From Omnitrophica WOR_2 bacterium GWF2_43_52 (GTDB taxonomy: Bacteria; Omnitrophota; Gorgyraeia; Gygaellales; UBA12090): a stretch of 64,000 nucleotides of DNA. Within the stretch, counting starts at the first letter, position 1. Every line of letters starts with the position of its first letter. Positions 19,543-29,666 of this stretch are shown in pieces. The stretch is taken from NCBI GenBank assembly GCA_001805445.1, contig MHGF01000034.1, forward strand, positions 166,451-230,450, given 5' to 3'. The notes under the pieces are model-generated. The model searched no databases. It was given only the letters and a program-made list of their open reading frames with translations, and was not told where the DNA came from. Both the position numbers and the translations under genes were made by a program.

Positions 19543-19917
19543 ATGATAGCGCTAAATGGCGATCTAATTTTAAAAATAAGTAGTGGGGCATTGACTGTAA
19601 TTACTTTATACGAATTTTATAAACGAAAGAGATTAGAAAAAGTAGTGAGGACAAATACATGGAGTCTTTATCGCGATGCATCAGCTATTTTAGCTGGTCT
19701 TCAAGGATTGCAAAAGAAAATTCAAGGCAACCAAGATGTCAATTATGAACTGGGTAGATTAACTGGTTTAGCTGAAGATATGATGAACAATCAAATAAGG
19801 CAAATAAATGTTAATGAAGGAATAACTTGGGGAAAAATAGAAAATTGGAAAAAGAGAAAAAGAATTTGCAACGAGAGCCATATTGAAGAAGTTTTTGCAA
19901 AATTTGCAGAAAAATAA
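19543..19917 (+). CDS. Hypothetical protein with N-terminal membrane anchor
   Basis: SD GGGAGG; hydrophobic N-term then helical region; AT-rich. Confidence 0.6.
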   Translation: MIALNGDLILKISSGALTVITLYEFYKRKRLEKVVRTNTWSLYRDASAILAGLQGLQKKIQGNQDVNYELGRLTGLAEDMMNNQIRQINVNEGITWGKIENWKKRKRICNESHIEEVFAKFAEK

Positions 19918-20010
19918 AGGAAGCAAAGGATTCATTTTTTCTTTAAGGGTGTAAAAAATAAGTGCCTGTCCTATTTTTTTTGAATAGTAAATTTGTTGGG
20001 AGGCTAAAAA

Positions 20011-21273
20011 ATGAATAGCGCAATTGAAACTTTTTATTCAGATTTAAGACGTTTGAAAGAAGGAAAATTGTCCATATTTTTCGGTGCGGGATCGAGTTAT
20101 GATTATGGAATTCCCACTATGGAAGAAATGGCGAAGATGCTAATCGAAGAATTAAAAAATGGTACAAGTAAAATTTTTGATAAAGATGCATGTACAGTTT
20201 TAAATTCAATTATTGGTTTATCAACTAAAGATAGTACGGGTGAGAGTAAGAAGCAAAAAAATAGTTCACAATGGAATATTGAAGATTTATTGACACGATT
20301 ACATCGTATTCAAGAAGCTATAGGCGATGAAGGGTCTCCTTTCCCAAAGGTTAATGCTACTATTGGTTCGTCTGATTTTTCTAAAGATGAGATTAAGCAT
20401 GCTGAGTCAAAATTAGTTGAGTTTATGGTCAAATGCTATCAGCTAGACATCATTGACAAAACCTCACATGGTGTCAAATCGATAGAATATCTGTCTAACT
20501 TTTTTGAGTGCTTGGGGGGTTTTTATAATTCAATTTCTGTTTTTACAACTAATAACGATTTGTGTATTGAGACAGCACTGCTTCAGCTTTCACAGAGACC
20601 TAAAAATACTCAAAAGAAGACTTTTTACTTAATAGATGGATTTTCTCATGGTGCGCTACCAATATTTTCGATGATTAATTTTTCAATCGTACCTCCCGTT
20701 CAATCTAATCGTGTAGTTGTATATTTATGGAAATTGCACGGTTCAATAGATTGGACATATACTTGCCCATTAACAGATACTGAGGACGAGAAAACACAAA
20801 ATACTAAGTTTCACGACGATTCTATTATTTGTAGATATATTGACCCTGATATGTGGAAAAAATTTCAAAAAGCCGGAGCTATTTCCAAAGCATCTTCGCT
20901 AGATCAATCAAAAATAATGATTTTTCCAACTCCATCTAAATATTCTCAGACTTATAACAACCCATACATGGATTTATATCAAGCTTTTCGCCGAACACTA
21001 GAGACTAGTGAACTTCTACTAGCAGTTGGCACTAGCTTTCCAGATAGTCATATAAATTCAGCAGTGAAATCGTTTATTAATCGTGATAATACCCAACTTT
21101 ACGTAGTTGATCCTGAAGTAACATGTGAATCTATTCATAAGTTATTTGGTAAATGTAATTCCATACAGCCGATTATCAAGTTAGGATTTAAAGATTTTAT
21201 TCAAGAGGTTCGCAATATCGAATTAATGCGAGAAAAAGAAAGCCCAAAAGAAGGAAGGGATACTAATGAGTAA
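20011..21273 (+). CDS. SIR2-family NADase (SIR2-HerA/Nezha-type)
   Basis: FFGAGSS, FTTNND, KLHGSIDW, VGTSFPDSHIN SIR2_2 motifs. Confidence 0.9.
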   Translation: MNSAIETFYSDLRRLKEGKLSIFFGAGSSYDYGIPTMEEMAKMLIEELKNGTSKIFDKDACTVLNSIIGLSTKDSTGESKKQKNSSQWNIEDLLTRLHRIQEAIGDEGSPFPKVNATIGSSDFSKDEIKHAESKLVEFMVKCYQLDIIDKTSHGVKSIEYLSNFFECLGGFYNSISVFTTNNDLCIETALLQLSQRPKNTQKKTFYLIDGFSHGALPIFSMINFSIVPPVQSNRVVVYLWKLHGSIDWTYTCPLTDTEDEKTQNTKFHDDSIICRYIDPDMWKKFQKAGAISKASSLDQSKIMIFPTPSKYSQTYNNPYMDLYQAFRRTLETSELLLAVGTSFPDSHINSAVKSFINRDNTQLYVVDPEVTCESIHKLFGKCNSIQPIIKLGFKDFIQEVRNIELMREKESPKEGRDTNE

Positions 21274-23119
21274 ACGTATAGGTGAAATATTAGCCGTAAG
21301 CGGTGTAAATGTCACAATAGAAGCAGACCCAAGCTTAAGCGATTTGCATGTTCGGCACGCTGGAAAAACATATTCTGTTGGGCAACCTGGTTCATATCTT
21401 CTTGTTGATCGTGGGCATGATAAACATCTTATTTTAGTAACAACTGTTCGTAAGATGCGTTGGTCTTCTGCGTTGCAGAATTCTGAAATTTCTCCTTCTG
21501 ATAATATGCGAGAAGGTCTTCCCAAAGGTCATTTCCCATATTTACCCAAAGCGCCTGAATTGATTGATCGGACGCTTATCGATGGACTTCTCGTAGGCTC
21601 AATTATCGGGAGGCGATTTGAGATAGGTGTTACACACCTGCCGATAGTGGGGGATAGTGTTACCCTCGCTCTTCAGGAACATCTTTCAATAGCGCTAGCC
21701 CCTGATAAAGATCGACACACAGTTTCAATTGGGACATTTGTTGATTCGAATATCTCTGTCCATCTAGACTTAGACGATCTTTGTGGTAAACATTCAGCAA
21801 TTGTAGGCACGACTGGTTGCGGAAAATCTTACACCGTCGCACGCTTATTGCAAGAGCTAGTATGTAAATATCCCAGTGCAAATATTATTGTGTTTGATCT
21901 GCATGGTGAATATCGTAAATGTTTTGAGCATTCAAATTATATACGGGCAGATAAACTTACACTTCCCGCATGGTTGCACTCGTTCGAAAACTTATTTGAT
22001 CTATGTGCTGATTTAAGTAATCAGTTTAACATTCATAATCAACGATGGGCTTTTCGAGACGGCATATTTCAGCTTAAACAAAGGTATTGCAAGGATATTT
22101 TAAAGGACGAATCTCTGTCAAAGAATATCGATTTAGATTCGCCTATACCTTTTGATTTTGAGCATTTAGTTAATTATTTAAAAAACTTAAATAATGAAAC
22201 CAGAAAATCCGACGATGATACGCCAGCTTATACAACTGCTGGCGATCATGATTTATTTGATGAACTTATTGAATATTTGCCAAAAAAAAGAGGGACTATA
22301 ACCGCTGGCCCTCTAAATGGAGAGTTAGATCGGCAAGTATTAAGAGTCGAGGCGCGATTTAAGGATCCTAGATATGCTTTTATGTTTCAATATGAAAAAC
22401 CTAAAGAAGGGGATCTTGAAAGACTAGTGCGACAAGTATCAGGTCTTATACTCGACTCTCCCTTACCTATCACGGTTTATGACCTTAGTTATCTTCCTTC
22501 GGAAACGGTTGGCACAGTTGTGGCTACGATATCACGTATTATTTTTCAAGTCTACTTTCTGGCCAAGCGTCGCGAGTTTGTCCCAACGCTTATTGTTTTC
22601 GAAGAAGCACACAATTACATATCTCATAGATCTCGTGGTGCTTATGGTGATGCTCGTGAAGCTGCTGAAAGAATTGCAAAAGAGGGTCGTAAATTTGGAA
22701 TAGGTATGCTGGCAGTAAGCCAACGTCCTAGCGAACTTAGTGAGACTTTATTGAGCCAATGTAATACATTTTTATGTATGCGGCTCGCTAATTCTGTTGA
22801 TAAAAATCACATCTTATCCTTATTGCCTGATTCAATGAGTAATTTAGTAGATATTTTGCCCATTTTGCCGCGAGGGCACATTTTAGCAGTTGGACAAGCT
22901 ACAAAAATGCCAGTACGGACAATTGTTACAAAAATAGAAAATAAAAACAATGAACCCGATAGTGACGATCCGCCATTTGGGAAAAAATGGAGTGGGGATA
23001 TTACAAAAAGAAGCATTCCTGATATAGAAAAAATATGCGATATGTGGATAAGATCAGAAAAACAAGACATAGATAATGATATTCCTCAAAAAACAAAAAA
23101 TGTTACCGAGAAGAAATAA
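21266..23119 (+). CDS. herA: HerA/FtsK-family ATPase
   Basis: HAS-barrel-like N-term, GTTGCGKS, DLHGEY, FEEAH, KEGRKFG, SQRPSE. Confidence 0.9.
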   Translation: MSKRIGEILAVSGVNVTIEADPSLSDLHVRHAGKTYSVGQPGSYLLVDRGHDKHLILVTTVRKMRWSSALQNSEISPSDNMREGLPKGHFPYLPKAPELIDRTLIDGLLVGSIIGRRFEIGVTHLPIVGDSVTLALQEHLSIALAPDKDRHTVSIGTFVDSNISVHLDLDDLCGKHSAIVGTTGCGKSYTVARLLQELVCKYPSANIIVFDLHGEYRKCFEHSNYIRADKLTLPAWLHSFENLFDLCADLSNQFNIHNQRWAFRDGIFQLKQRYCKDILKDESLSKNIDLDSPIPFDFEHLVNYLKNLNNETRKSDDDTPAYTTAGDHDLFDELIEYLPKKRGTITAGPLNGELDRQVLRVEARFKDPRYAFMFQYEKPKEGDLERLVRQVSGLILDSPLPITVYDLSYLPSETVGTVVATISRIIFQVYFLAKRREFVPTLIVFEEAHNYISHRSRGAYGDAREAAERIAKEGRKFGIGMLAVSQRPSELSETLLSQCNTFLCMRLANSVDKNHILSLLPDSMSNLVDILPILPRGHILAVGQATKMPVRTIVTKIENKNNEPDSDDPPFGKKWSGDITKRSIPDIEKICDMWIRSEKQDIDNDIPQKTKNVTEKK

Positions 23120-23127
23120 CGTAATAT

Positions 23128-25002
23128 ATGAGTTTTCCAAACGATGAACAGAATCAAGTTATTAATCATACAGGAAAACCGCTAGTTGTTGTTGCGGCTC
23201 CTGGCACAGGGAAGACAAGTACGATAGTAGCAAGGATGATAAAGCTACTTAAGGAAAACCCGAATCGTGAGGTTTCTTTTATAACTTTTACCAGAACAAG
23301 TCGTAGGGATACAGATAAGAAAGTAAAATCAGAGGTTGGAAGAGAAGCATTTGAAGATGCTAATTTCGAGTTCCCAAGAATAAGTACACTTCATACATAT
23401 GCAAAAAGCATTGTTCACAAATATGCCCAGGAAATTGATAGACAAAACACCTTTTCGATATTGATAAATGATAAAAATGAAAACAAGCTATTACTATCGG
23501 AGTTATGTAATGACCTTAGCATCGAAATTGACATAGATCGCCTTTATAAGGACTTAGTATGTTACCGATGTGCAGATTATTTCCCTTCAGATAGTCCCGT
23601 GCCAGCTGATCAGAGAAAAGAAATACTAGAGCATTATGATTTCTTGCTGAAATTTTATAATACATTTGACATGGAAGGAATTGTACAAAGTGCTTGTGTT
23701 ATTTTGTCGAAAGCCGGTGTTGATTTCCCGAAAGTCTTTTTGCAGGTAGATGAATACCAGGATCTGAATCCGAAAGATCAAGAGCTGATAAAGCTAATAA
23801 GCTCTACTACTGGTAGCCAGACAGTGGTAGTCGGCGATGACGCACAAAGCATATACGGTTTTAGGTATGCACATTTTGCGGGTATCAGAGAAATATGGGC
23901 TTCTAAGGAATGGGAACATATTAGATTCCCGAAATCGCATAGATTGCCAGCAAACATACTGAGAGCCTCGCAATCTTTAATTTCCGGCGAGAATTATCTT
24001 GGTGGCGAAGTCGATATCCCTGAAGATAATGGAGAACGTATAAATACATTTCAATGTACAACAAGCGACCTTCAGATTGATGTTGTGGCGTGCCTGATCG
24101 ACAACATAAAATCAAATAAACTCAACAGAAAAGGACAGCCACTGACATATACAGATTTTATGGTACTCTGTCCAACGTCAAGCTTTGTTAATAAAGTTGC
24201 TGAGACTCTTGAGAACGGCTTCGGTATCCCAACGAAGAAAAAAGAAAAAACCACTATTCCCAATGATTGTTGGCGGTTACTGTTACTACTTCGCATGCTA
24301 CACTCAAATGATAGTCTTGCGCTACGTCAGTGGTTAAATATCATGGGGCTTGATGCTGGGAAGATCGAAGGTATGAGAAAAGAAGCCATGAGGCTCGATC
24401 AATCTCTTTTTGATTATTGTTCGGGATTATCAGAGAGAAATTTTGAAGAACTTTTTAGTAAATTAAAAGAGTTGGATGAATGTGTAGGCGATTTAGAAGA
24501 ATTCAGAGCAAAATTATTAGCTTTTCCGAATTTACAGATTGAAGAGTCGATATTTGATGAGGTGGGTATTACTATCAATGAAGTAACCAAGAAGCCAAAC
24601 ACGCTTGGCTCAATAATTAAGTGTATTCATGAAAAATTTGGCCTTATTGATTCAGAAACAGAAGTATCAGAGGATATTTCTGAAGATGATAGAGTTCCTG
24701 TTACAACTTTGTACTCAGCAAAAGGTCTTGAAGCAGAATTTGTTTTTATTATGTGGCTAAACGATAATTTCTTTCCGGCGCCCAACAGAGAGGTTAAGGA
24801 AGAATTGCGTGTCCTTTATGTGGGGGTGACACGTGCAAAACAAGATGTAATATTCACTTTTTACGAGAGGTACGATAAGAAGAAACGCAAGCGAATTAAA
24901 GCGATATCTCCATTTTTACAGAAAATAGTTCATTGTATTAATGTTACTCGATTGATGAAATCCGACTATAAAGAACTTCTATCAGGATTATATTGTTCGT
25001 GA
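23128..25002 (+). CDS. UvrD/Rep SF1 helicase (GajB-sized)
   Basis: AAPGTGKT, VDEYQD, VGDDAQSIYGFR, SAKGLE, YVGVTRAK. Confidence 0.9.
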   Translation: MSFPNDEQNQVINHTGKPLVVVAAPGTGKTSTIVARMIKLLKENPNREVSFITFTRTSRRDTDKKVKSEVGREAFEDANFEFPRISTLHTYAKSIVHKYAQEIDRQNTFSILINDKNENKLLLSELCNDLSIEIDIDRLYKDLVCYRCADYFPSDSPVPADQRKEILEHYDFLLKFYNTFDMEGIVQSACVILSKAGVDFPKVFLQVDEYQDLNPKDQELIKLISSTTGSQTVVVGDDAQSIYGFRYAHFAGIREIWASKEWEHIRFPKSHRLPANILRASQSLISGENYLGGEVDIPEDNGERINTFQCTTSDLQIDVVACLIDNIKSNKLNRKGQPLTYTDFMVLCPTSSFVNKVAETLENGFGIPTKKKEKTTIPNDCWRLLLLLRMLHSNDSLALRQWLNIMGLDAGKIEGMRKEAMRLDQSLFDYCSGLSERNFEELFSKLKELDECVGDLEEFRAKLLAFPNLQIEESIFDEVGITINEVTKKPNTLGSIIKCIHEKFGLIDSETEVSEDISEDDRVPVTTLYSAKGLEAEFVFIMWLNDNFFPAPNREVKEELRVLYVGVTRAKQDVIFTFYERYDKKKRKRIKAISPFLQKIVHCINVTRLMKSDYKELLSGLYCS

Positions 25003-25012
25003 AAAGGTTGAG

Positions 25013-25447
25013 TTATTTTGTGGGTGCCTGTAGACGTTCAATTTCATTTCGGCGTTCTCGCTCGGTTCTAAGGCGGGAGATCTCCAGGAGCCGTCGGCCG
25101 GTGAAGATTCTCAGCTTGTCCTGGTCGTCGCAGGACTTCATGTTTTCGATGAAGTCGGCAGGTAAGCGGTTGACTATTTTAAGCAGGTGTGCTAACTTGG
25201 ACTCCGATATATTCAGCCTTTTACGGGTCTGTGCCCAGGTTAGCCTGGAAGGGCCGCCATTGATGAACGCCTGGAGTTTAAGGGCCTCCGCTATGGTGTT
25301 TTGACGGATCCGGGGCTTTCGGATGCGTACTGGCGGCAAGGGATCGATTAAACTGAGCAAAATTCGCTTGCTACGCCGGATGTCCATCTTCACAACTAAT
25401 TGTATCACTTGAGGTTGGGGGCTTCGGCTGGCGACAACTCTGGGCAA
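25013..25447 (-). CDS. HTH-containing hypothetical protein, possible mobile-element boundary gene
   Basis: TWAQTRKRLNISESKLAHLLKI HTH; GC rises abruptly relative to the helicase; start uncertain (TTG). Confidence 0.55.
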   Translation of the reverse strand: MPRVVASRSPQPQVIQLVVKMDIRRSKRILLSLIDPLPPVRIRKPRIRQNTIAEALKLQAFINGGPSRLTWAQTRKRLNISESKLAHLLKIVNRLPADFIENMKSCDDQDKLRIFTGRRLLEISRLRTERERRNEIERLQAPTK

Positions 25448-25744
25448 TTTCTATTTATCATACGTGTGGGCGAGAACCAAAGGGGTGTGGGGAGACCGTC
25501 CCCACGCTTTCGGGGTGACAGTCCGCCATGATTATTGGCGGACGCCATAGGGGCAGCGCCCCTATGGGGAGGAGCGAAGCGACGACTGGTTCAAGCGAAG
25601 CGGAGTCCACACGGGGCAACCAATCTTGACAACTATCCGAAACACCGCCAAGCGGTGCAGTACCCGCAGTCAGAGAAAAACAATTGCAAGATATTTTACA
25701 GCTATAAATATTCAGTTCAGATTAATTAAAAATAGAGGAGAGGC

Positions 25745-26686
25745 ATGAAGAGAAATCTTGTTGTTTTGATCGGCGCATTGTTTATGTTTGCCGCAAGCAC
25801 TTTAGCTTTCGCGCAGAATGCTGACCTTCAATCGTTTTCTAGTGGGAATAAATTAAAATACTCAACAAAATATCATCCCAAAGCCAAGGGCATAAATATT
25901 ACCGTTGAATATCCAAGCCATTGGAAACTTAGCGAAGGCGAGCGTCCGAATATTGTTCAGAAGTTTTCCGGAGATGCGTCAGACGGAATAACGCGAATGT
26001 TTCTGATCCTTATTAAAGATATTCCAAGCGAGGCGTCTGCGATGTCAACAGAAGATATCGCCAAAGAGGCTTTTTCGGAAGACGCTTTAAAGGAAATGGT
26101 ACCTCCTGGCGGGAGTTTTATTAAGGGAGGACAAACAAAGTATGATGGTCAGCCAGGAGCGTGGATTATTGTTTCGATAGATTCAGAGCGTGCGGGGATG
26201 AAGGGAAAGTCTTACGGGTTACTACACATGTTTATCTATGGCGGCAAAATGATAAGTATCCAATGTATGGTTGGCGGCTTGGAGCAAATGAGCGGCAATC
26301 TCTATCAGGAGTTCAATAGTTATATCCCGCTCTTTCAGCAGATCGGTAACAGTATTATTGTTCCGGATAAATGGACAAAAAATGATGTAGAAGTAGAGCA
26401 GTCTTCAATGGAGTATTTATACGGTCCTATGTGGTGGCTAACAATTATTGTTTCTTTTGTTTTAACTTGGGGGATTGGGTTAATCCCGCCGATTCTTATT
26501 CGTTACGCCATCGCTCGTAAACCGCTATCCAAGGGTTGGGCAATCGGGCTTGTGGCATTTCTTTGGATGGTTAATATCGTCATTTTCACAGCTCTAGGCA
26601 GTCAAAGTAAGACGCATGCGGCGTTATTCCTTGTGGCGTGGACATCGTACATAATTTTAAAGAAAGAAAAAAGACCGGCTAACTAA
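25745..26686 (+). CDS. Exported PsbP-like domain with C-terminal three-TM anchor
   Basis: SD GAGGAG; signal peptide ending AFA-Q; VEYPSHWK motif; three hydrophobic C-terminal helices. Confidence 0.65.
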   Translation: MKRNLVVLIGALFMFAASTLAFAQNADLQSFSSGNKLKYSTKYHPKAKGINITVEYPSHWKLSEGERPNIVQKFSGDASDGITRMFLILIKDIPSEASAMSTEDIAKEAFSEDALKEMVPPGGSFIKGGQTKYDGQPGAWIIVSIDSERAGMKGKSYGLLHMFIYGGKMISIQCMVGGLEQMSGNLYQEFNSYIPLFQQIGNSIIVPDKWTKNDVEVEQSSMEYLYGPMWWLTIIVSFVLTWGIGLIPPILIRYAIARKPLSKGWAIGLVAFLWMVNIVIFTALGSQSKTHAALFLVAWTSYIILKKEKRPAN

Positions 26687-26751
26687 TCTTAAAGTTGATA
26701 TCTTTAGTGGGTGTTTATTGAAGAATAGTTTGTTTCTTAGTAGGAAAATTA

Positions 26752-28119
26752 ATGGTGTTTAAAGAATCGGAAACAGTTGAATTCAAGAAATCCACCGCAG
26801 AATTAAAAGAGGCGGTGATCTCCATTGTTGCTATGCTCAATAAGCACGGCCATGGAGAGGTATATTTTGGCATCAATGACCGTAATGGCAAGGTCTTAGG
26901 GATGACTATCGGGCGTATGACGATAAAGGATGTGACGCAGGCAGTAGTGGATAATACAGAGCCGAAGGTTTATCCCAAAGTAGAGACGCGCAAGATCGAT
27001 GGGAAAGATTGCATTGTCATAGAGGCTAAGGGAAGCAACGGGCCCTACTTTGCGTATGGCCGGGCATATCTGCGCGTTGGGGAATCGAATAAGGGTATGA
27101 GCCCGCAAGAGCTTGAAGAGCGGATTCTGGAGAAGAGGAAATTCCTTTGGGATAAAGAAGTATCTGAAAAGACGCTTGCCGATGTTAATGAGGAAGCGGT
27201 CAAAGAATTCATGCGTAAGGCAAAGACAGTCAAGCGTGTGGATTTCGAGTTCGTTAATGTAAAAACGACATTGCATAAATTGCACCTTCTGGAAGAGAAC
27301 CATTTATTACGGGCGGCCGAGGTTTTGTTCTGCGATGACAATCCTCTGGAAGTGCAGGCCGCGATCTTTGCCGGTACGGACAAGCTGACGTTTTTAGATA
27401 TCAAGTCGTTCAAGGGCAATCTCTTTAGTCTGCGCCAGCAAGCTGAGGTCTATGTTAATGGGAATATGAAATGGCGGGCTGATTTAAGCGAAAGCCGACG
27501 AAAAGAAATCCCGGAGATTTCGGTACGGGCGATTTCGGAAGCGGTAGGCAATTCTTTATGCCACCGGGATTATTCCAATCCCAAGGGCAACGAGGTGGCG
27601 ATATTCAAGGATCGCATCGAAATCTACAACCCCGGTCTTTTCCCTAAAGAGGTCAATCCGGAGGATTTTTTTACCGGCCATGAGAAGTCGATCTTGCGCA
27701 ATCCTCTGATAGCCGAAACGATGTATAAATCCAAAGACATTGAGCGCTGGGGGAGCGGCATCATGCGTATTCATGACGAATGTATCGCGGCCGGAGTCAA
27801 GGTTGAGTTCAAGCGGATTAAGACAGGCTTTGTCGTGGTTTTCTACCGCCCGAAATGGGAGGAAAGTGAAGAAATAGAGAAGAGTGGTCAGACAGGTGGT
27901 CAGACAGGTGGTCAGAGAAAAGGTATTTTTCTTAGCGATAAGCAAAAGAAGATACTTGAGGTATTAAAAAACAAACCCCAGATATCAAGAAAAGAATTAG
28001 CGGAGGAGATGGGTATTAACACTTCCGCAATCCAAAAGCACCTTATGAAATTGAAAGAAGCCGGATATATTAAGCGTATAGGCCCGGATTTCGGCGGGCA
28101 TTGGGAGGTATCCGGTTAA
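26752..28119 (+). CDS. Schlafen/AlbA_2 + HATPase_c_4 + wHTH regulator
   Basis: ESETVEFK...AMLN..GEVYFGIND, EAVGNSLCHRDY, IYNPG, RNPLIA, IERWGSGI, C-terminal wHTH. Confidence 0.88.
   Translation: MVFKESETVEFKKSTAELKEAVISIVAMLNKHGHGEVYFGINDRNGKVLGMTIGRMTIKDVTQAVVDNTEPKVYPKVETRKIDGKDCIVIEAKGSNGPYFAYGRAYLRVGESNKGMSPQELEERILEKRKFLWDKEVSEKTLADVNEEAVKEFMRKAKTVKRVDFEFVNVKTTLHKLHLLEENHLLRAAEVLFCDDNPLEVQAAIFAGTDKLTFLDIKSFKGNLFSLRQQAEVYVNGNMKWRADLSESRRKEIPEISVRAISEAVGNSLCHRDYSNPKGNEVAIFKDRIEIYNPGLFPKEVNPEDFFTGHEKSILRNPLIAETMYKSKDIERWGSGIMRIHDECIAAGVKVEFKRIKTGFVVVFYRPKWEESEEIEKSGQTGGQTGGQRKGIFLSDKQKKILEVLKNKPQISRKELAEEMGINTSAIQKHLMKLKEAGYIKRIGPDFGGHWEVSG
27884..27916 (+). repeat. 12-bp tandem repeat (GTGGTCAGACAG) encoding the GQTG linker
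   Basis: About 2.7 perfect copies before the wHTH. Confidence 0.85.
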
Positions 28120-28340
28120 TGCGCGATTAGTGCACGATTAGGCAATGGGGTCATAAAGGGGACGCGAAGGGGTTATAAATGCGCCATAAAGACGCCAAAC
28201 GCGCCACTACTTGGCGATTGTGGCGATTGGTTGGCGATCGGGGTTAATTGATGGCAAAGGTATCGCTGGGGTACGAGGCAGCCAACCTTGACGCTCAGGC
28301 GAACAAAGATTGGTGAAGGATTCAGCAAAACTTTATTGAA

Positions 28341-29058
28341 ATGGTGGGCGTTGTAAAACTTGAGAATTATATAAATAAGGAAGAAATTTCTATACCACGA
28401 ACACCTGAAGAATATATTCTTTGGTTTGAAGGAAAATTGCAGATTACCAAAGAGCAAAGAGAGGAACTTAAAACGCAGAACATTCTGCATAAGGGTGTAG
28501 CAAAATATTTTTATGAAGAACTATTTCCTCTCTATAGGTTACTCCAAAATAAATCTAAAACATGGAAGGGGGCCCAGATTTACCTCTGTTATTGGAAACC
28601 AAAACTTTGACGTTAAAGTCGATTCAGACAGAAATAACATTCCTCAGTATATTGAAATTGTAGTTGCAAATAGAGATGAAGCAGAAAATGCTGGAATGGA
28701 ATGTTTTTTAGCTCATGGGGCTGTTAATAGCATAGGGAATGTTTCAATCGAGAGAAATAAGCAGTTAGGGAAGAAAATTACCGTAGACGAAGAAGCCCAT
28801 TCTTCTGAGGAAATAAACCGAAGAATTAAAGATCGGATCCACAATTTGATTAATAATAAAATAATGGTAAGAGAAAGACCCGATAACACCGCTTTATTGG
28901 TATTTTTTGATGATTATACGGCTTTTCGCTATGATAGATGTTCATCAAAATCAGAAATGAATACTTGCTTAGATTCAATCAAAATAGAATGGCAAAAGCG
29001 TTATTCGGCTCTTTATGTTGTAGGTGCATTCGGGAGTTTTTATGAAAGAAAAAATTGA
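28341..29058 (+). pseudogene. Frameshifted hypothetical gene (one extra base near 28566-28576)
   Basis: ORFs 28341-28610 and 28513-29058 join at AAGGGGGCCCAGA into ...KTWKGA/RFTSVIGNQNFDVKV...YIEIV (PD-(D/E)xK-like); could be an assembly error. Confidence 0.6.
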
Positions 29059-29641
29059 TTTTGCTCAATTTTTAGCCAATTTAATTACTTTTCAAAATGA
29101 TTTCTTGGAAAATAATTTTCATAGGCTAGTTGCGATGTCAGACGAATTTAAGGTATTGAATGAAGAGGATAAAGCGAAATTTTTAGATAAGGCTCGCGGT
29201 CTGATAATTGTTGATATTTTAATAAGTTGCAATCGATGTTTTGCTGATAATTTGCCTGATGGAAAAATAGCAGAAATTACGAGTATTGTATATGGGAAGT
29301 ATTTAACAGAATACAAAAAAATATCAAAGAGCTTACCAGAAGAAAAATTGAAAGAAGTTATAGAACTTATTAACTTTGCCGGGAAAGCAGAGGAGGATAA
29401 ATTAAGGCAAGAAGAATATTATAAAAAAATTGGTTGTTATTCTCCTTATCAGATTGGCAATGATATTGATAAACAAAAGCTTTATCTTTGCATGGGGTTT
29501 AGCCAGTATTGTGCTGGTGAATTCGAGAGATCTAATAATTACGAAGGCAGGCAATTCGCAGCTTTTAAACTGGCTAAAGCATTTGTCAAAGCGGATATAG
29601 TTAAGTCGACGCTTAAAGAGTTTGAGATTATTTGGGAATAG
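29042..29641 (+). CDS. Hypothetical protein
   Basis: SD GGGAG, overlaps upstream gene, AT-rich. Confidence 0.6.
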   Translation: MKEKIDFAQFLANLITFQNDFLENNFHRLVAMSDEFKVLNEEDKAKFLDKARGLIIVDILISCNRCFADNLPDGKIAEITSIVYGKYLTEYKKISKSLPEEKLKEVIELINFAGKAEEDKLRQEEYYKKIGCYSPYQIGNDIDKQKLYLCMGFSQYCAGEFERSNNYEGRQFAAFKLAKAFVKADIVKSTLKEFEIIWE

Positions 29642-29666
29642 CAATAAATTTATTGGGAAAAGGAAA

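Noticed and set aside
23128-25002. Gabija system
   Set aside because: The helicase is GajB-sized but no adjacent OLD/TOPRIM ATPase-nuclease (GajA) is present
26752-28119. ATP-dependent DNA helicase RecG
   Set aside because: No SF2 helicase motifs; the architecture is AlbA_2 + HATPase_c_4 + wHTH, often mislabelled RecG
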